Part shown: in pieces, positions 36,453 to 54,694 of the stretch | Numbering within the stretch: position 1 is the first letter of the stretch | Layout of the letters: each line of letters starts with the position of its first letter | Assembly (NCBI GenBank): GCA_043228905.1 | Contig: JBHGNT010000009.1 | Location: forward strand, 9,982,001-10,046,000 | Origin: Azolla caroliniana | Lineage: Eukaryota > Plantae > Polypodiophyta | Direction of reading: 5' to 3' | DNA: 64,000 bases | The notes under the pieces: model-generated | Databases searched by the model: none | Told to the model about the DNA's origin: nothing | Seen by the model: the letters and a program-made list of their open reading frames with translations, nothing else | Made by a program: the position numbers and the translations under genes

Positions 36453-39149
36453 GAACCCAGCGGCGTATTGAGTTCCAAAATCACCATGAAACCCTAATAC
36501 CGCCTACCATTCTAAAGAAACATCTGACGAAATGATCTTCCTCTATTGTGTTTCTATCTTAAACAATCTAATTTATCAAGCTCCCAAATCACCACTAGAC
36601 CCTAATACTGCCCACTGATCGCAAAGAGGACTATGGTAGTCTGCTTCATTTGTGGTTCAAAACAATCCAACGTCTGGATCCTGAAAGTGCCTAAAGCTTT
36701 CTCAGGTTGAGAAAAAAGAATAAGATTAGATTGCCTTCCTGGACAAGAATCCTGCGAATTTTCTTGTTCCGTGAGTCGTTGCCAAGTCCATGAGACCTAA
36801 TTTGATAAAAAGAAAACAGAAAAAACGCTAGTGGGTTTCCAAGGGAAAGCAGAAATAAATAAATAAATAAATAATTTCTGCTGTCCAAGAAAGAGTATAA
36901 GTCTTCTGAATGCAAAACCAATAAAGACAGAGGAAAGGTTAGGGAAAATGAAGGGAATCACCTGAATTCTGGATGATCTGTTTGTTAAAGAGAAGCTTCA
37001 AAGGTTGGGTTAGAGAAAGAAAATGAAAGAGAAGAAGGGAGGCGATTCTCTGTCTCTGACTGTGTATGTAGGGCAGCTTGGAGGGCCACTGACGTCCGCC
37101 GTCAGTTATCTCAAACGTCTGATTGTTTTCTTCCCCTGCCTGGTCCCTCCCTGGATTCAAAAAGGAAAGAGAGAGCTAAGGCTCAAAACTTGTCAAGGCC
37201 ATTGAGAGGATCATGAAAAGAGAGACTTGGACTGTTTGGAGGGAAGCAATGCACCCTGCTCCCGAGAGAAGAATATACAAGGGACTAGTACATAAATGAG
37301 ACGAATCTTGACGGGTGGTCAATTCGATCATGAAAAGCCATATCGGAAAACTTCAAGCAGCTAGTAAGTTGAGAAACTTTGAAGTGTCATTGCTTTAACG
37401 ATATGGTCTCGACAACTCCATACGGATGACAGGGTGCTCATGATTTAGGTAGAGTCCTCAAGGAAAGGGGGATGTGTGTGAAAACCACCCTTCAAGAGTT
37501 CGAAAGAAGGTTTTGATGGTTCTCAAGCTAATAAAGGTCCTTCTCTTTCCCCAATAAGGTGGATATTCAGGATATACATAACTTGGGGACCCCATTGAAA
37601 GGCAAAGAAGACCTAGTATTGAATTGGGCTACCACAAAAAAGGCATGGAGTCACTTCGTAAGTGGGATCAATGGGATGACGAGTCCCTTTCGCTATTATG
37701 ACTCCAATTGAAAAAAGAGTGCAACCAACTAAACGTCGACTCTAATAGCAAGAAGATGTTAGTCGGTCATGGGCAGGTTCATGCAAGAATGGAGATTTTG
37801 GAAGGGTTGGTTGAAGGGAGGATCGTTGTTGCAATATGGTATTTGCAAAGGGTGAAATACATGCAAAAGGCAAGTTTTATGATGACTTGAAACTCTGGCC
37901 AAAGTGACAATCGAAGAAAAAGAAAATTAGGAAGATACAAATGATTTGCCACTAATTGAAAAAGGGATCAAGGGTTCAAAGCCTAATAAAGGATGATCTA
38001 AAGGAAAAGGTGGAGCTTATTATAAGTGTTTTATAAGGGGATATACGATCAAAGGAAATGTTCAATAGACATTTTGCCAAACTTGGTGTCTATCCAATGA
38101 CAAGAGGCAATGCATACTAAGAAGAAAAAGTAGTTCAAGCTATAAAAAAAGAGGATTACGTTTTAATTCGGCAAAAAATCTCTTGAGAATTATGAAACAA
38201 GAGCTCATTATTTCATTCACAATATTTGGTACATGAATGCCTATGCTTAGGAAGCAAAGCAACAACATATGATAGAGAATCGTGAGTGTGTGTCAAAGGC
38301 TTACAAGGACCAAGGTATCGTTGTTGATTACAAACTCACCACACCAAATCGACGGCCTCCTTTTGAATCTTTCTTTTTTTCCCTATGGGTAGGAGTATAA
38401 ACATTGTGTACTTTCTCATTCACAACTAACTCCCATTGTCCTACTTATGGACATACTTATAAACCTTGCCTAATATATTGTACTCTTTAATTCTCAACTT
38501 GTTTAAAGTTCAAGGGTGAATGCACGACTAAAAACGCATAAATGATATTCTCTGTCACATAGGAAAATTATGTGCGGTATGATGAACGAAGCAACTAGGG
38601 ATGGACAAAATTTTGTCCTTGTGGAAGAACAAAATTCAAGGTTGGTATATACAACCATTTTGAGAAAAAGTGGAGTCAAAAACCAAATATTGGATGTAGC
38701 TAATTATGGGTGACTTAACTTGACCTTTTGCTAGCTAACTATGTCCCCTTGTTCAATGTTCGTGGAGATGAAGGCAACCCATCACGTTTTACCCCAAGCA
38801 ACAGGTGCATCATGGACTGTTTTTGTGTCTTCAACTGCAACAGTTGAAGAAGATCTTGACGTACAAAACATTTGCCAAATAGCAACACCTAGTGGACATC
38901 CATGTGATGGTGAACAACTTCAGTATATGCAAAACCAAATGCAAACATGGAGTTTTTAGACTACCAGCTAGGGTGGACAACTAGGGTATGTTGAGTATGA
39001 TTACCACCAAGATATGTATTCTCTTGGACCGCAGGAATTTGTTTATATGTTGAGTATGGGTGTTGTTGGCAAAGGTTGAGAGTGTTGTCATGGATTATAA
39101 TTAGCCTTATCTTGCCAAATGCCATCGTTTATATTTGGTCCTTTTTTAT

Positions 39150-41800
39150 GATAGATACTTGTGGAGTGGAAACTATTATGTACAATTTGTAGATTGCCTT
39201 TGGCATTGTTAATTTTAATACCAAATGGAGCATATTTTTTATGGAAAAAAAACTATGTCCCCTTGTTATTAACGTTAGGTGCTTCTAGGCTTCCAAGTGC
39301 CAACTCCAAGTCTTTTGGCCTTCTTTCGAGTTTTCTTATATGCGGCTCATCTCATTCTCCCACGACATTGCTACCCATGACATTGATCGTCTCTTTGATG
39401 GGCATCACTAGCTTTTGTCCATACATGAGCTTGGCTGGCATGAACCCTGTCACCAAATTGTGGGTGGTTATTTCAACCCACAAGCCATAAGTCAATAACT
39501 AAGCATGTCTCCGACTCTTCCTTCGCAGGCTTTGGCAAGAGCCTTAACTATGGGCTCGTGCCCACACTCTAATTTCGAGTTGCCCTTTGGGTTATATGCA
39601 ATCGTGAGGGAGATCTTCACACCTAGTTGTTCAAAGAGCTCCGTGGCATCATTAGCATTCCACTCCCTCTTTTTAGGAAGTACTTGTATGCTTTCTTGTG
39701 GATTCGTTACGCTTCCTCCTCATCCACGAAGTGTCTGCCGTAATTGAACTCAAGAACCTACTAGCCATTCCCCTTAATACTCTCTTTCATTGAAAGTGTT
39801 GAGCACTTACACACCTCATTCTTCTGTGGATGCTTGGTGGGTCTTAAAGAATTGAGAGTGACATCTTCATCTTCTGACACTATGTTGCATTCATCATGTT
39901 GAGATATCAAGCTCAACTAAGTTTAGTCATTTAGTCAACCATGTAACTTAGTAGTTACCTAAATAGAATCTAGTTATAGTGTTAACCATAAAGTCTTAAA
40001 TAGGATTTTATACTTGTACCTAAGCATGGATACATTCTAGATCCTCCACTACCAAGTTCATTTAATATAGGACTTACATCCTTATACCTATATTCTCCTC
40101 ACACATGTGCACCCTTGCACGTGAGATCTATATATACCTCATTGTGGGTATTTTTGTAATTTGATGCATATTAATATAGAGAAAGGTTATCTAGCTACAC
40201 TCTTGTTAATCATCCCCCACTTGTCTTATTGTTCATAAGTATAACTTCCTCTCTCTCTTTCTCTCACATGCATATCACTTAACCTTCCACTACTTAATCA
40301 GATATGTGATTATCTACTCACATAACTAGTTACTAATTAACCCTTAGTTAATTAACTAATTATTAACACATCTTCATACATTTCCTTTGAGAGCATGTCT
40401 GCCATGACATTGTTCTTTCCCGATATGTGGCTAACTTCTAGATTCATTGATTTTATGTATGTAATCCACATTAGCATATCTAAGTCCTTGTATCACCAAT
40501 AGTTCCGCGATTGTATGGTCTACACACTTTATCTCGTTCAAAGAGAAGGCGAAAGCTCTATCGTGGCTTTCGAGCATCCTTCTAAACCTTCACTCCTCTT
40601 CGAACAATAGGAGGACACCCACACTGATCCGGAGTTTCCCTCTCGTTTTGTTAGTGAATTGATGTCCTATGCATCGTGGGTCTCTTAAGCAAGGATCATT
40701 TGTTACTCCCTTTATCTGTGGCCAATTGTCATATGGCAAGGAAGCAACCACGGGCTTCGCCTTCTTATCCACGGTCTTGTACTTCATGTGTGTTTGTCGC
40801 TCTCATAGATGGATCCATTGTCAAGAATCTTCATCTCCATGCGAGTTGTCGTGATGTATGATTCGCCCAAGATGACCGGGTGAGAGGATGTCTCTTGAAC
40901 AAAGAAGTGTTGGTCAATTTCCAAGACTCCTATTGTCACCGTACATTCGGGCAAGCCCTGTGTAGCTCTTTGATTGCCCAGGACGTCGTTCTAATCTTCC
41001 CACCATGCTTTGTGTTGATTGGCCTCTTCCCTTTCTTGTAGAAGTCCATGGATATTAGATTGATTTTGGATCCATGGTAAATCAATGCCACCACTGGCTC
41101 TTTAACATCCCCTATTGGCACCAAGGTTTCCGTTGTTGCCCTTTCCCAATGTGGCCTCATGTAGTGACTATCCACAAAGTCTTTTTCAGCCTCAAATCCA
41201 TTTGTTGCCACCACATTTATGTTCATGGGCCTTGCCCTTTCTACTTCCATTGAGTGCCTCTTACTCTTCATTAGGTCAATGATGACTTTATGGAATTCTT
41301 TCTTGGTTATACCAAGGATCTTGTGGAGAATGAACTCTATGCTACTATCGAGGATCCTTTCCTCCATTATCTGCCGCAAGTTCGTCATTTGCTAGATCCC
41401 TGAGCAAAGCTTGAAGGTCGGGGGGGTTGACCTTCTCTTTACCTTTCTCATTTCGTGCTAGTGCCGAGATTGGCTCCTCCCTTCTTCTACACCTCAAGTT
41501 TCGTATCTCTTGGAGGGTTTGACTCCATTGTCGTTCACTGGTCTTGTTTCTTCAACTAGAACTTTGTAGTTATGAAAGGTGTCTTCCATCAAGCATGTCT
41601 TCTCTTCTATCGGGTCCTTCCATTCGGTTGCTTCTTGAACCTGTTTCTTAGCTTGGTCAATTTCCTTTTGGAGCTTTCCTTTCAAGAGGCTTCCAAGGAT
41701 GGATGGACAAAAGTAAAAATCGTTTCTTCTTTGCAACTCGCTCCTTTCCCTAACTCAACTACACTATATGCCTTCCTTGTGGATTGATGTGCACAAGTGA
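39150..41800 (-). mobile_element. Heavily degraded Ty3/gypsy remnants (protease, RNase H, integrase pieces)
   Basis: VVALIYHGSKINLIS (degenerate aspartic protease, 41388-40936); ISGKNNVMADMLS (RNase H end, ~40400); AYNPKGNSKLECGH (integrase, ~39590). Confidence 0.6.
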
Positions 41801-42668
41801 CCACCATGAGGTCTCTAATTGGTGAGGATCTTTTTAGAAGAAAGCTTGCTAACTCGAATGTTGCAAAAAATGGCTCTCCCTTTTCGTTTTCATCCCATAC
41901 CTCATTTGTATATCTTGTGTACTATAGATCACCTTTCCCCCCGTTGTTAATCTTCACAAGATTCTACACCTCATCATTCAAACAATTAGCTCTTGTAACT
42001 TGAGTTACCTTCATTTTTTAGTTTAATCTTTATCTCATCTTGACTCCTTTCGGTTATTTCATCAATTGGAACTTTAATTTATTATAAAAATTGACTTCTA
42101 GATTTTTTCTCCCTTCTCACATGCCACATCACAACAACGCGTACCTACAAGTGCACTCGCACAAAAAAGAAGAAGGAGAGCTCCACAATAAATATCATTT
42201 CTTGCAACCTTTCCTCAACAATGTCATTGTCAAAGCCATCTTCCTTTGTTTAGGTCCCTAGTGGTCCCCTTCTACTTTCACAAATACTTGCAAATTTGCA
42301 TGACAATGTCATAAAATTGCACTATGAGTTCATGTGGGTATCCTAAGATTTTTTATTGCAACTTATTTAGTGTTACAAAGTGGCCAAACCAAATAGGTCA
42401 AACAAACTCACTCCTTGTGCTTTTGTAATGAGCCTTTGGACTCAGCTTCACTTCGACATTAGCATATATTGTTAGTTTTCTAGATGTTGATTAGAAATGA
42501 TGCAATGTGCTTATCTACATCTTGCAAATTGTAGAACTCCATGTAAGGGAATGCCATGTCATCATCAAGGGTTTATCTATAGGGTAAGGTTAGTAGTGGT
42601 GGTGTTATGTCATGGACAATGTGTGATGCTTCCATTGACTATCTAACGACTCCGATAGTAGTTATTTC

Positions 42669-43289
42669 TAGCAAACAACAACAAACTAAACCTCAAAAAC
42701 CATGGCTTAACTATTTAAATGGTTCGGTTTAGTTTAGATTTCAAAATTTGCATATGGTTTGATTTGCTCTTGCTTTAGTTTGGTTCAATTTGAGCCTTTA
42801 TTGGATTAATGGTTTGCAATTTGAACGACTTGAAAATGCTGCTTAAACGGCTTAATGATTTAGGGAGCATTTTTGAAATATTTATTTAAATATGATTTCA
42901 CTTTATAAACTTAAGAGCTATAGCCTATGAGCATAATAAGCTCTAACATTGGAGATCCAATATTTTCTTCTTTACTCGGTTCATAAGTAGAAGAGTTATG
43001 GTTGGAAAACTCTTTATTAAAGAATTGTGCAAAAGTTACAAAACTTTAGTTTGCACTGAATCGCAAATTGAATCGTGAAATTGCAACCCAATGTCTTAAC
43101 ACTTTGTAAATTTCTCGGACCATTTGGTTTGAGCTTATAAGTTCATCAAATAATTTGGTTCAAATAATTTCAATACAAACCGTTTTAGCTTAAGCAATTT
43201 CGTGCTTTGGTTTAAGTTTCAAAACTTTTAAATGGGTTGGTTTAAAACTATTGGAGTTTGAGACTCCCAAACCAACCATTGCCTAGTGT
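42669..43289. mobile_element. Possible degenerate MITE / non-autonomous DNA transposon
   Basis: AT-rich, dense AAACC/GGTTT motifs, flanked by the direct repeat TAGTTATTTC (42659-42668, 43290-43299). TIRs are not clear. Confidence 0.3.
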
Positions 43290-43439
43290 TAGTTATTTCC
43301 TTATTGTTAGTATTGTCCGGCATGGAATGTTTTAAGATCCTCATTGTACAAGCTCGCTTCTTTCACAACATAGGGTAGTTCTTTCACACTGTGGTCACTT
43401 AACACCACCTCTTGCAATGCATCCTTTGAAACCTCTCTT

Positions 43440-45507
43440 GCAATGAGGAGATGTTAGACTATGTACAAAGGCTATATATACATGAAGGTGTGGCTCCTAT
43501 GGTTGAGAAAATTGAAATATCATGCACTACATGTATCGATATTGATGATGTCAATAAGGGAATAAAGAAGATGGTGAGTGGGAAAGCAGCAGATGCAACG
43601 TACGTCTCAAGTGAGCTTTTAAAATGGATAATGCCACATACTTGTCGTTGGTTAATGACAATTATAGAGCAAGCTATAGAACAAGGATTTCCAAATGATT
43701 GGCTTATGAATTGGATTAAACCAAATATTTAAAGCCGGAGATAAGAATCAAGTATCAAATTATCGTACAATAATGGTGAGCTCAACTAGTGCTAAATTAT
43801 ATGGCATTATTATGGAGCTAAGCACATGGGCTGAAAGTATAAGCAAAAGAGCACTTGGGTAAACAAGATTTAGACCAAAACACTCCACTATGGATCATTT
43901 GGTCACATCAAGAGTAATCATGGAAGAGAGTCGACTACAAGGAAAAACACTTTATTCTTGTTTTGTTGATGTTAAGAAAGCTTTTGATACCGCACCACGA
44001 AGTGAGCTTTGGAATAGAATGGTAGAGATTGACATGCTATTAGAGTACCGAGTTATTGGTGCACGCTTATATGAACAAGTTAAATGCCAACTAAAAATGG
44101 ATAGTGGATTCTCAAAGCACTTTTTAAGTAACATGGGGGTCAAGCAAGGATGTCCACTATCACCCACACTCTTTGGCTTATGTATTGATAAATTAGAAGA
44201 AGTGGTGAATAAGGTTGCAAGAGAAGAAGGATTGAATGCCCCCAAATTGATGCACCATGTTATCTTATTGCTTCTATATGCAAATGATGTGGTACTCTTC
44301 TCAAGTGATATTGATAGTATGCAAAATTTACTTGGGGTATTAGAAGAATTTTGCCATAGTAGTGGATTAGCAATGAATGTGGAAAACAAAAATGATGGTA
44401 GTGCAAACCATCCAACCTCATCATTACCCTATGCTCACATATAGAGGTCAATATATACAATTTGATCGAAGCTTTACATATCTTGGTATTGATGTACCCG
44501 CCACAAATAAATGGAGTGCATGCTTTGATTCTAGGCTCCAAGCCGGTTGGAAATCGTATTACATTTTGGAGAACCAATGCAACCAAAGTGATACTTGTGG
44601 ATGGGAAGTAAAACGAATGTTATTCAATGCCATGGTAACTCAAGTATTGCTTTATGGAGTAGAAGTATGGGGTGGCACCATCTCTCTTATTGCATGGAAT
44701 GAGATTGAGGAAATTCAAAAGATGTTTTTAAGGAGGCAATTAGGAGTTAAATGCACCACCTCTTACCAGGTTATGCTCTTGGAAACAGGTGTTCGACCCA
44801 TAGAACTATTGGGACTCCAAAGAGTATATAAATACATTACAAAAGGCAAGAATATGCTGAATCATCGATTACCACATCTTGCTTGGAATGTTGGAAGTAA
44901 GCTACAAAAGAATCATAAAACTAAGATTCTCTCATCCGGTTGGGTTGTTGACATAAGGAAATGGTTTAGAAGATGGGGTGTGGATGATCTTTTAGAGCTT
45001 TCAGGCAATGCTATGCAGTATGTAATGATTGAGGAAAGGTTGGTGGAATCATTAAGGATGAAGGGGGAAGATGCTAAGAGGAGAAAGCTAGAATACTACA
45101 TTGCAAATGTCAACCCTGAATGTTGGTCTCAATATAAAGCAAGAATGCCTATTGATCGTATCCAACCTTATCTCATTACCAATATGAGTAGTAATGCTCA
45201 TAGAAACCTTACACTACTTCACACTCGATCTCACAAGTTGGGTATTGAAGTTGCATCATGGTATCAAAATGTAACAAATTTGAAGGCATGCAAAGTATGC
45301 AATGAAGGCATGGAAGAGGATGAATGTCACTTGCTCTTCACATGCTCGGCATATTGTGCAATTCGTTCAAGATATGCTAACATACTAAGAGGGAGTGATA
45401 ACTTAAGTGCTATACTTAAGACACCACCGAGAAGGCTGAGCTCATATGTGTATGCTTTATTCACACATAAAGACTTTGTGCTTCAATGTATGAATACCCC
45501 TTCTTAG
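43440..45507 (+). mobile_element. RTE-like non-LTR retrotransposon (5'-truncated), RT pseudogene
   Basis: FVDVKKAFD, GVKQGCPLSPTLF, YANDVVL (YADD decayed), FTYLG, and C-terminal CKVC...ECHLLFTC. Frameshifts near 43730 and 44385. Confidence 0.85.
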
Positions 45508-46864
45508 GAAGGAGACACATATCAAGAACACATGTATACTCTGGTCCCATAGGTCAAAATTGGCCTCTTTATGGACGATAAAAATTCTAATTTCCCACAC
45601 AATTGTCAATTTCATCATTGAATTCATATAGTTTGTTAAACTATTGGATCGCGGGGTTGAAATACTATCAATATGTAGATGACTTGTGAGATTCATGACC
45701 TCTTCTCAAGAATTGATTGCTTTTGGGAAGTCAAGTTCCTTCTTGTTGACTCTATACATTTTAGGCATAAATTCACTCTAACAAAATATGATAAGTTCAT
45801 TTACACCCTGTTTTGGAGTTCACCATGGTCACCAAAAGTGTTATTGTATGCCATCATGTGTAAGTATTAAACCTGGATGATGGCATACTTCTTATAAACA
45901 TGATGACACTTGTTATTGTGATACTTCCGATGCCTTGTCGGATTCTTATACTTCTGATATTTACAGTATTGGTACACCTTGGAAGACAGAATAACAAGTG
46001 CAATCCGAAAATAGCAATGCAAAAGAAGGCATAAGAGTTCAAAATGCAGTTACAAAAATAAGAAGAGCTTCCAAGCATACAAACACATTTGCTTTGTCTA
46101 CAAGAAGGCTTTCGACTTTGCATACATTCATGCATCGATCTCTTCTTACAAGCATCAAAGTTATGTTTGCTCTTGCTCACTCTCGCACTTAATCTGGAGT
46201 TCTTAATTGATTAGCAAGATTGTAATTTTAAATTTTTTGTCAAAGACTCATGTATCATGTGGTATTCATTGTTTGATCACCAATCATGTATCAATTTTTA
46301 TTTGAAATTGCAAATGTATGCCAAATTTTAAATAGAATTCTAGTTTGGAATTGCAAATAGTGTATTTTTCTCATGCATATGTTTTACTTATCAATCCATT
46401 GTATTTGATAAGTTCTTTCGCTGATTGAATTCTTTCCATCTCTTTAAATTAGTTCAAATTTACTGCGCTTGCTTAAATCCAGAAAAATGCTTGCTAGGTA
46501 ATACTCAACCGTTTTGAAATATGTATTTTCCTCTACGAAATTGTGAAGAAGACAAAGAAATGCATGTATAAAACAGACTTGAATACAAGCACTCTTCTCA
46601 AGCAAACGTTCTATACATTCTTAACTGCTACACATCTCAACGTATGAACAAGGTAATTCCAAATGTTTTTGTTTTCAGAAGGTAGGATTTACAATATACC
46701 TAAAAAATCTGAGGGTGAACAGTTACAATCTTATCTAGGATCTAGATAAGAGGCATTTCAAAAAGAGAGAAAAGAAAAGGATGGTACATACCCAAAGCCA
46801 CTTGAAATACCAACTTGCGTTGTTGTAGTAGTATATGGAAAGACGAGACATCATGGAACTCGAT

Positions 46865-49993
<3,129 letters not shown>

Positions 49994-50030
49994 TTACATC
50001 CATCTCTTTCCGAGTATCTATCTCCACTTG

Positions 50031-50079
<49 letters not shown>

Positions 50080-50099
50080 AATAATGGCTTTCATTACGA

Positions 50100-51785
50100 A
50101 AGAAAAAACACCACCATGCCTAAGTTACAACAAAGTATAGAACCCCTTGTATCTATCTATCTACGGATCGAAAGCCTACTACGACCCCAAACTCAATGCC
50201 ACCCTACACACCAATTCAAATGGCGAAAGAATATGATCCTATGTGACCTTGTAGAGTTCTCTCCCTTCATGCTTGAGATTTCGTGACTTCTCTAGCACTG
50301 TCAATCACCACAAAAGAAGTCCTTTTAGCTTTAGAGCATATTTTCTCACCCCAACTTGCGGATCAAAAGTGAAGGCATTCCGCGTATTCCAATTGAACCA
50401 TAGCCCCCCAATACCCCAAGAACTCAAAAAAAATTTGGACATGAGGCATCGGTTCCTTGTTCTCCATATGTGCAAAAACCCAACTGAAGGAAGATATGCT
50501 TACTCCAATTAGAGACATCCACATTGAATTGATACACCTCCAAACCATCATTGCCATCGGGAATGAAAGAAATCGTTGGCTACTATGTTCCAATTCCACC
50601 AAACAAAAGAAACACGACCCTTTAGTAATGTTTCCTTTTTCTAATGCGTCCCCCAATGGTAAAGCTCCAACCATAACTCTCCAAATAAATACCTTAACTT
50701 GTAGCATCAATCGAGAACACCAACCTGCCTTGATCACATGAAACCACCAAGTAATGGGCTTATGAAAACCCCATATCTTTACAACTCTTTCTTCCAACCA
50801 CTTATGTTTGTCAATTAACTTTTGATAACCAACACTTGTTGAAATCATAGTCAATCTCTTATTTCCAACAAACCTCCAATCAAGCTCTTGAGATCCCCCA
50901 TCTAAATCAGGATTTGGCTCATAAGAAGACAATATTTCTTGCAACTTATCCCAAATAAAAGTATAACCTTTTGGAATACAAAATGTTGATCTTGTTGTTC
51001 GAAAGGCCATTGATCTTCTTTGTGACACCAACATAGCATAACCCAATCTAGCCATCCGATTCAATTGAAGGTTAAGAATTTGTTTACCTTCCCACCTCAA
51101 CAACCTTCATGTCACCAAAACCTCCATTTGTAATGAATTGGCACATTCCCTTTCTTGTGGAGGATGCCATTCCACAAAATCCAACATACTTTGCCAAGAT
51201 GTCAACAAATGATTAACTATTAGAGACCTTGCACATTTGACATCCCTTTCAAAATTAATGACATTCCACCAATGAGCTTCAACCTTCATGTTTCCAAGCT
51301 TAATTCCGTTCTGAACTCTGTAAAGTATGCCACCATTTCTATCAAAGGTTGTACACCTTCAAACATAAATCGAATGAAAGTAAATCGGCGAGCCACCACA
51401 TGCTGATATAGATTCAATATTGATGCCCCACCAAGATGCGTCGGAGTACAAACATGATCCCATGCCAACCACGCCAATGTCCTTTTCCCTTTTCTTTTCC
51501 CTAACAACGCTCGCGTTGAGTGTGACACCATTCTAAGAGCTTTCTTCAACCATGGTAGCAAAAAAAGATAATAAGACACCATAGAGACCATAATTGATTG
51601 AACCACCTTAAGTCGTACCATAGTTCTAGCCATACGTCCCATTCGTGTCATACTCAAACGCCAATATTCGTATCATACTCATACGTGAAAAGGCTCCAAG
51701 TATGATTGAAATCCATACGCGGTACATAGATATATTATATATACATATGGTGTATATGGTGTACATAGTGTGTGTGTGTGTGAGG

Positions 51786-51823
<38 letters not shown>

Positions 51824-52935
51824 ATGTGTGGTCTAGAGAGAGAAGCCCTGTTTTGCATGTGTGAGGAGACAGTGATTGAGTGTATATCTAGACTCTAGAG
51901 AGAGAGAGAGAGAGGAGCTATGGGTTTTGTCTGTGTGAGGGAGTATGTAATATGTATATTAGATATCTAGATTTTGTAGAGAGAGAAAATTTGTCAGTTC
52001 TCGTGTGAGAGAGAGAGAGAGAGAGTGTGTGTGTATGTGTGTCAGATGTCACTTCTATTCACAAAATATTATGAATATCAAAAATTAAAAAAACCCAAAA
52101 AAAGTCAAAAAAAAAAAGCCAAACGAATATCGCGTATCATACGCGTACGTTTGCAAACGTTTGCGTACGTCCAGTAAATTGGACGTACGCGAATATTAGG
52201 AACTATGAGTCGTACATGAAAAGGCCAGAATTGAGACCTCCAATACATAAACTTATCCTCCAACCTTTTGGATACCCACTGTATTAGTTTCACATGAGAA
52301 ACTTCCACCCCAATTGGATATCCAAGGTGACGACAAATCATACCATGATGTACTATCCTTCTTGACCACCCCAACCCTAACACATCTTGTTCTGTACATG
52401 AAATGATAACAGATTATACATATTAATTCTCAACCCGCATGCATTTGAAAACAATTCCCACACATCTCTTGTCTTACTAATATTTTCCTGATTAGGTGCC
52501 AAAAACATAATATGGTCATCTGCAAGAGCTTGAACAATACATGGCTTCTCTAATGGCAACCTTAGTCCAATCAATTCTTCCTCCATAGCAATATTCTGTA
52601 ACTTAACAAGAATAGGATGTGTCACAATAGTGAATAGTAAATGACTTATCGGGCATCCTTGTCTAATTGATCTCCGAATAGAAATAGGTTGTGTTACTCC
52701 TCCATTAAACATCATATGTGAAACCCAACCCTCTCCTAATGTGTATATCATCTTAGACATACGATCACCAAAACCCATATGAGACATCAAATGATTTATA
52801 AATGACCAATCCACATTATCATTGGCTTTCTCTATATCCAATTGTAGCAACACTAGATCTTGTTTAGATTCCTTTGCAAAGTCAATTGCCATTTGAGCAT
52901 TTAAAATATTATGCAAAATGGTGAATTTCATAATA
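50100..52935 (-). mobile_element. Degenerate 5'-truncated L1 LINE ORF2 (RT + zf-RVT)
   Basis: LQLDIEKANDNVDW, SIRQGCPIS, ALADD, HLGYPIG, LAWDHVCTPTHLGG, KVFIWRVMVGALP, CFFC. Multiple stops; interrupted by a MITE. Confidence 0.85.
51619..52207. mobile_element. Non-autonomous hAT-type MITE
   Basis: Perfect 8-bp TSD AGTCGTAC (51611-51618, 52208-52215); TIRs CATAGTTCTA / TAGGAACTATG; internal (GA)/(GT) microsatellites. Confidence 0.88.
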
Positions 52936-53181
52936 TCTACTTAACCTCTGAACATTTACAACAAATACTTCCCATGCTTCATACCCATCAATTTGAACAC
53001 AATAAGAAAATGCATCAATCAATTGACACATATAGGCATGGAAGACCTCATGATCTAGAAATGAGGAATTGAAAATGGTTGAGAATCAAGCTCAACATAG
53101 TCTACTATGTGAACACACCTTTGAGAATCTATGAGCACTCAAAGGTCAAAAGTCACCACTACCTTCTACACATTAACTATG

Positions 53182-53546
53182 CCGACCATCTCTGAACGAA
53201 GGGATCGAGACGGACTCGAGCCTTGATCGGCATCCCATACCACCACCATGGCATCGAGTCGTACCTGGTACTGGCATGCTCGCTACAAGAGTTTGGTCAC
53301 CGCAAGATCACAGTCTTGATGTAATCAAATGATGTCCCTACTGAGGGTAGCTAGGCCTCAAATTGATAACCATACCTAAGGCCCCCAAGCAAGTTCACAC
53401 TTGGCTCTTATGGGTTGTCTCAATTCCTAGGATTAAAAGTAATCCGCCTTTCTTTATACTCTCGATTAACCTTCACACTTTATCCTCGTGTGTAGAATAC
53501 TACGGTACAACTTACCACGAGATAAATTATGGTCATGCCCGTAACA
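53182..53546 (-). mobile_element. Partial solo LTR of the gypsy family at 21972-22425 / 25861-26303
   Basis: CGAAGGGATCGAGACGGACTCGAGCC...GGTCATGCCCGTAACA is shared with the other two copies. Confidence 0.85.
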
Positions 53547-54694
53547 CCAACATGACGTGGTTTTATCTCCACTCATCCTCCATCTTGCTTATTTGTTGCT
53601 TTCGGCTTTCTATGCCATCCACTTTATTTCTCGACATAATTGACGTGTCCATTCTAAATTTGATAGATGCTACATAACGAGCAAAGTTTCCTTGTGAGCA
53701 CCACTAGGTTCATGTTTGCAAGCCTCTCTACTTGTTTGTTGTTTCATTGTTCTTTGCACATGTATACATCTTTTGAGAGAGAATTTAGGTCGAACAAAAA
53801 AAATGTTCTCTCATGAGTGTTACTAGGTTCATTTGTGCAAGTCTCCCTTCTTGTTCCTTGATTCATTACTCCTTTGCCCATGTATATGTCTTTTGAGAGA
53901 TTTGTGTGTCTGCGTGTGGGCGCGCTTATGAGAACAAGTGTGATAAATTTTAGTTTAAAGTTAGTTCTAAGACCAATCCTTATTAATGACAATTTTCATG
54001 TGCCAAAGGTTTTGTTAATCACGTACTATTTTCTCCCTTGGCCTTCTAATATGCATTCTAAATTCTTCACACCAATATTTTAGGGCGATCATTGAAAGAG
54101 AGAGATAATGTTTGTGGCTTTCTAAGAGGCACGCATATAAGTGTACAATTAAACATTGCCCAAAGAACATATTGTGCATATGGATACTTTCATATAGAGA
54201 AGATTTATGTTAGGCATGGAATTCTTTCTTTCTTTGCCATCGGATCCATGTGAACCTAAGCCTTTTTGGAATATGTTTTCATCAAAAAGTCATTCCTCAA
54301 GGTTTATATCTTCCTTTCCTATCATAGTGCATGCCATACATCTCAATCTTGTAGGTTTTAGCATTAGTACCCACCATGCAAGTGGGTGACGAGAACCCTG
54401 TGAAAATCTTATAGCATAAAAATTCCTTCTTTTGCTCGGTTACTTTTCACCTTTTCATGTCTCAACCATCTTGTGCCTTAACACTAAATACCCAAGGGGA
54501 ACCAAAAACATTATTATGTGAATGAACAACATATTAGACTACATTGCCATTAAATGTCTCATTTGTATCATTCATATATGATAAATAATGTTATATTTAT
54601 AGTATTTTAGATAATAGCTATCATATCATAAATGCATCATACTTGTCTCATTCTGTAGTAACTTCAAAATTCATCAATGGTGTAACCAACCATT

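Noticed and set aside
37200-39100. Short ORFs upstream of HUA2 as genes
   Set aside because: Short, no recognisable motifs; probably decayed TE or intergenic sequence.
39797-40368. Solo LTR (TGTTGAG...TAACA)
   Set aside because: Termini are plausible, but there is no matching TSD or second copy in the window.
45846-45888. 11-bp hairpin GTATGCCATCA...TGATGGCATAC as a terminator or ribozyme
   Set aside because: An isolated short inverted repeat with no supporting motifs.
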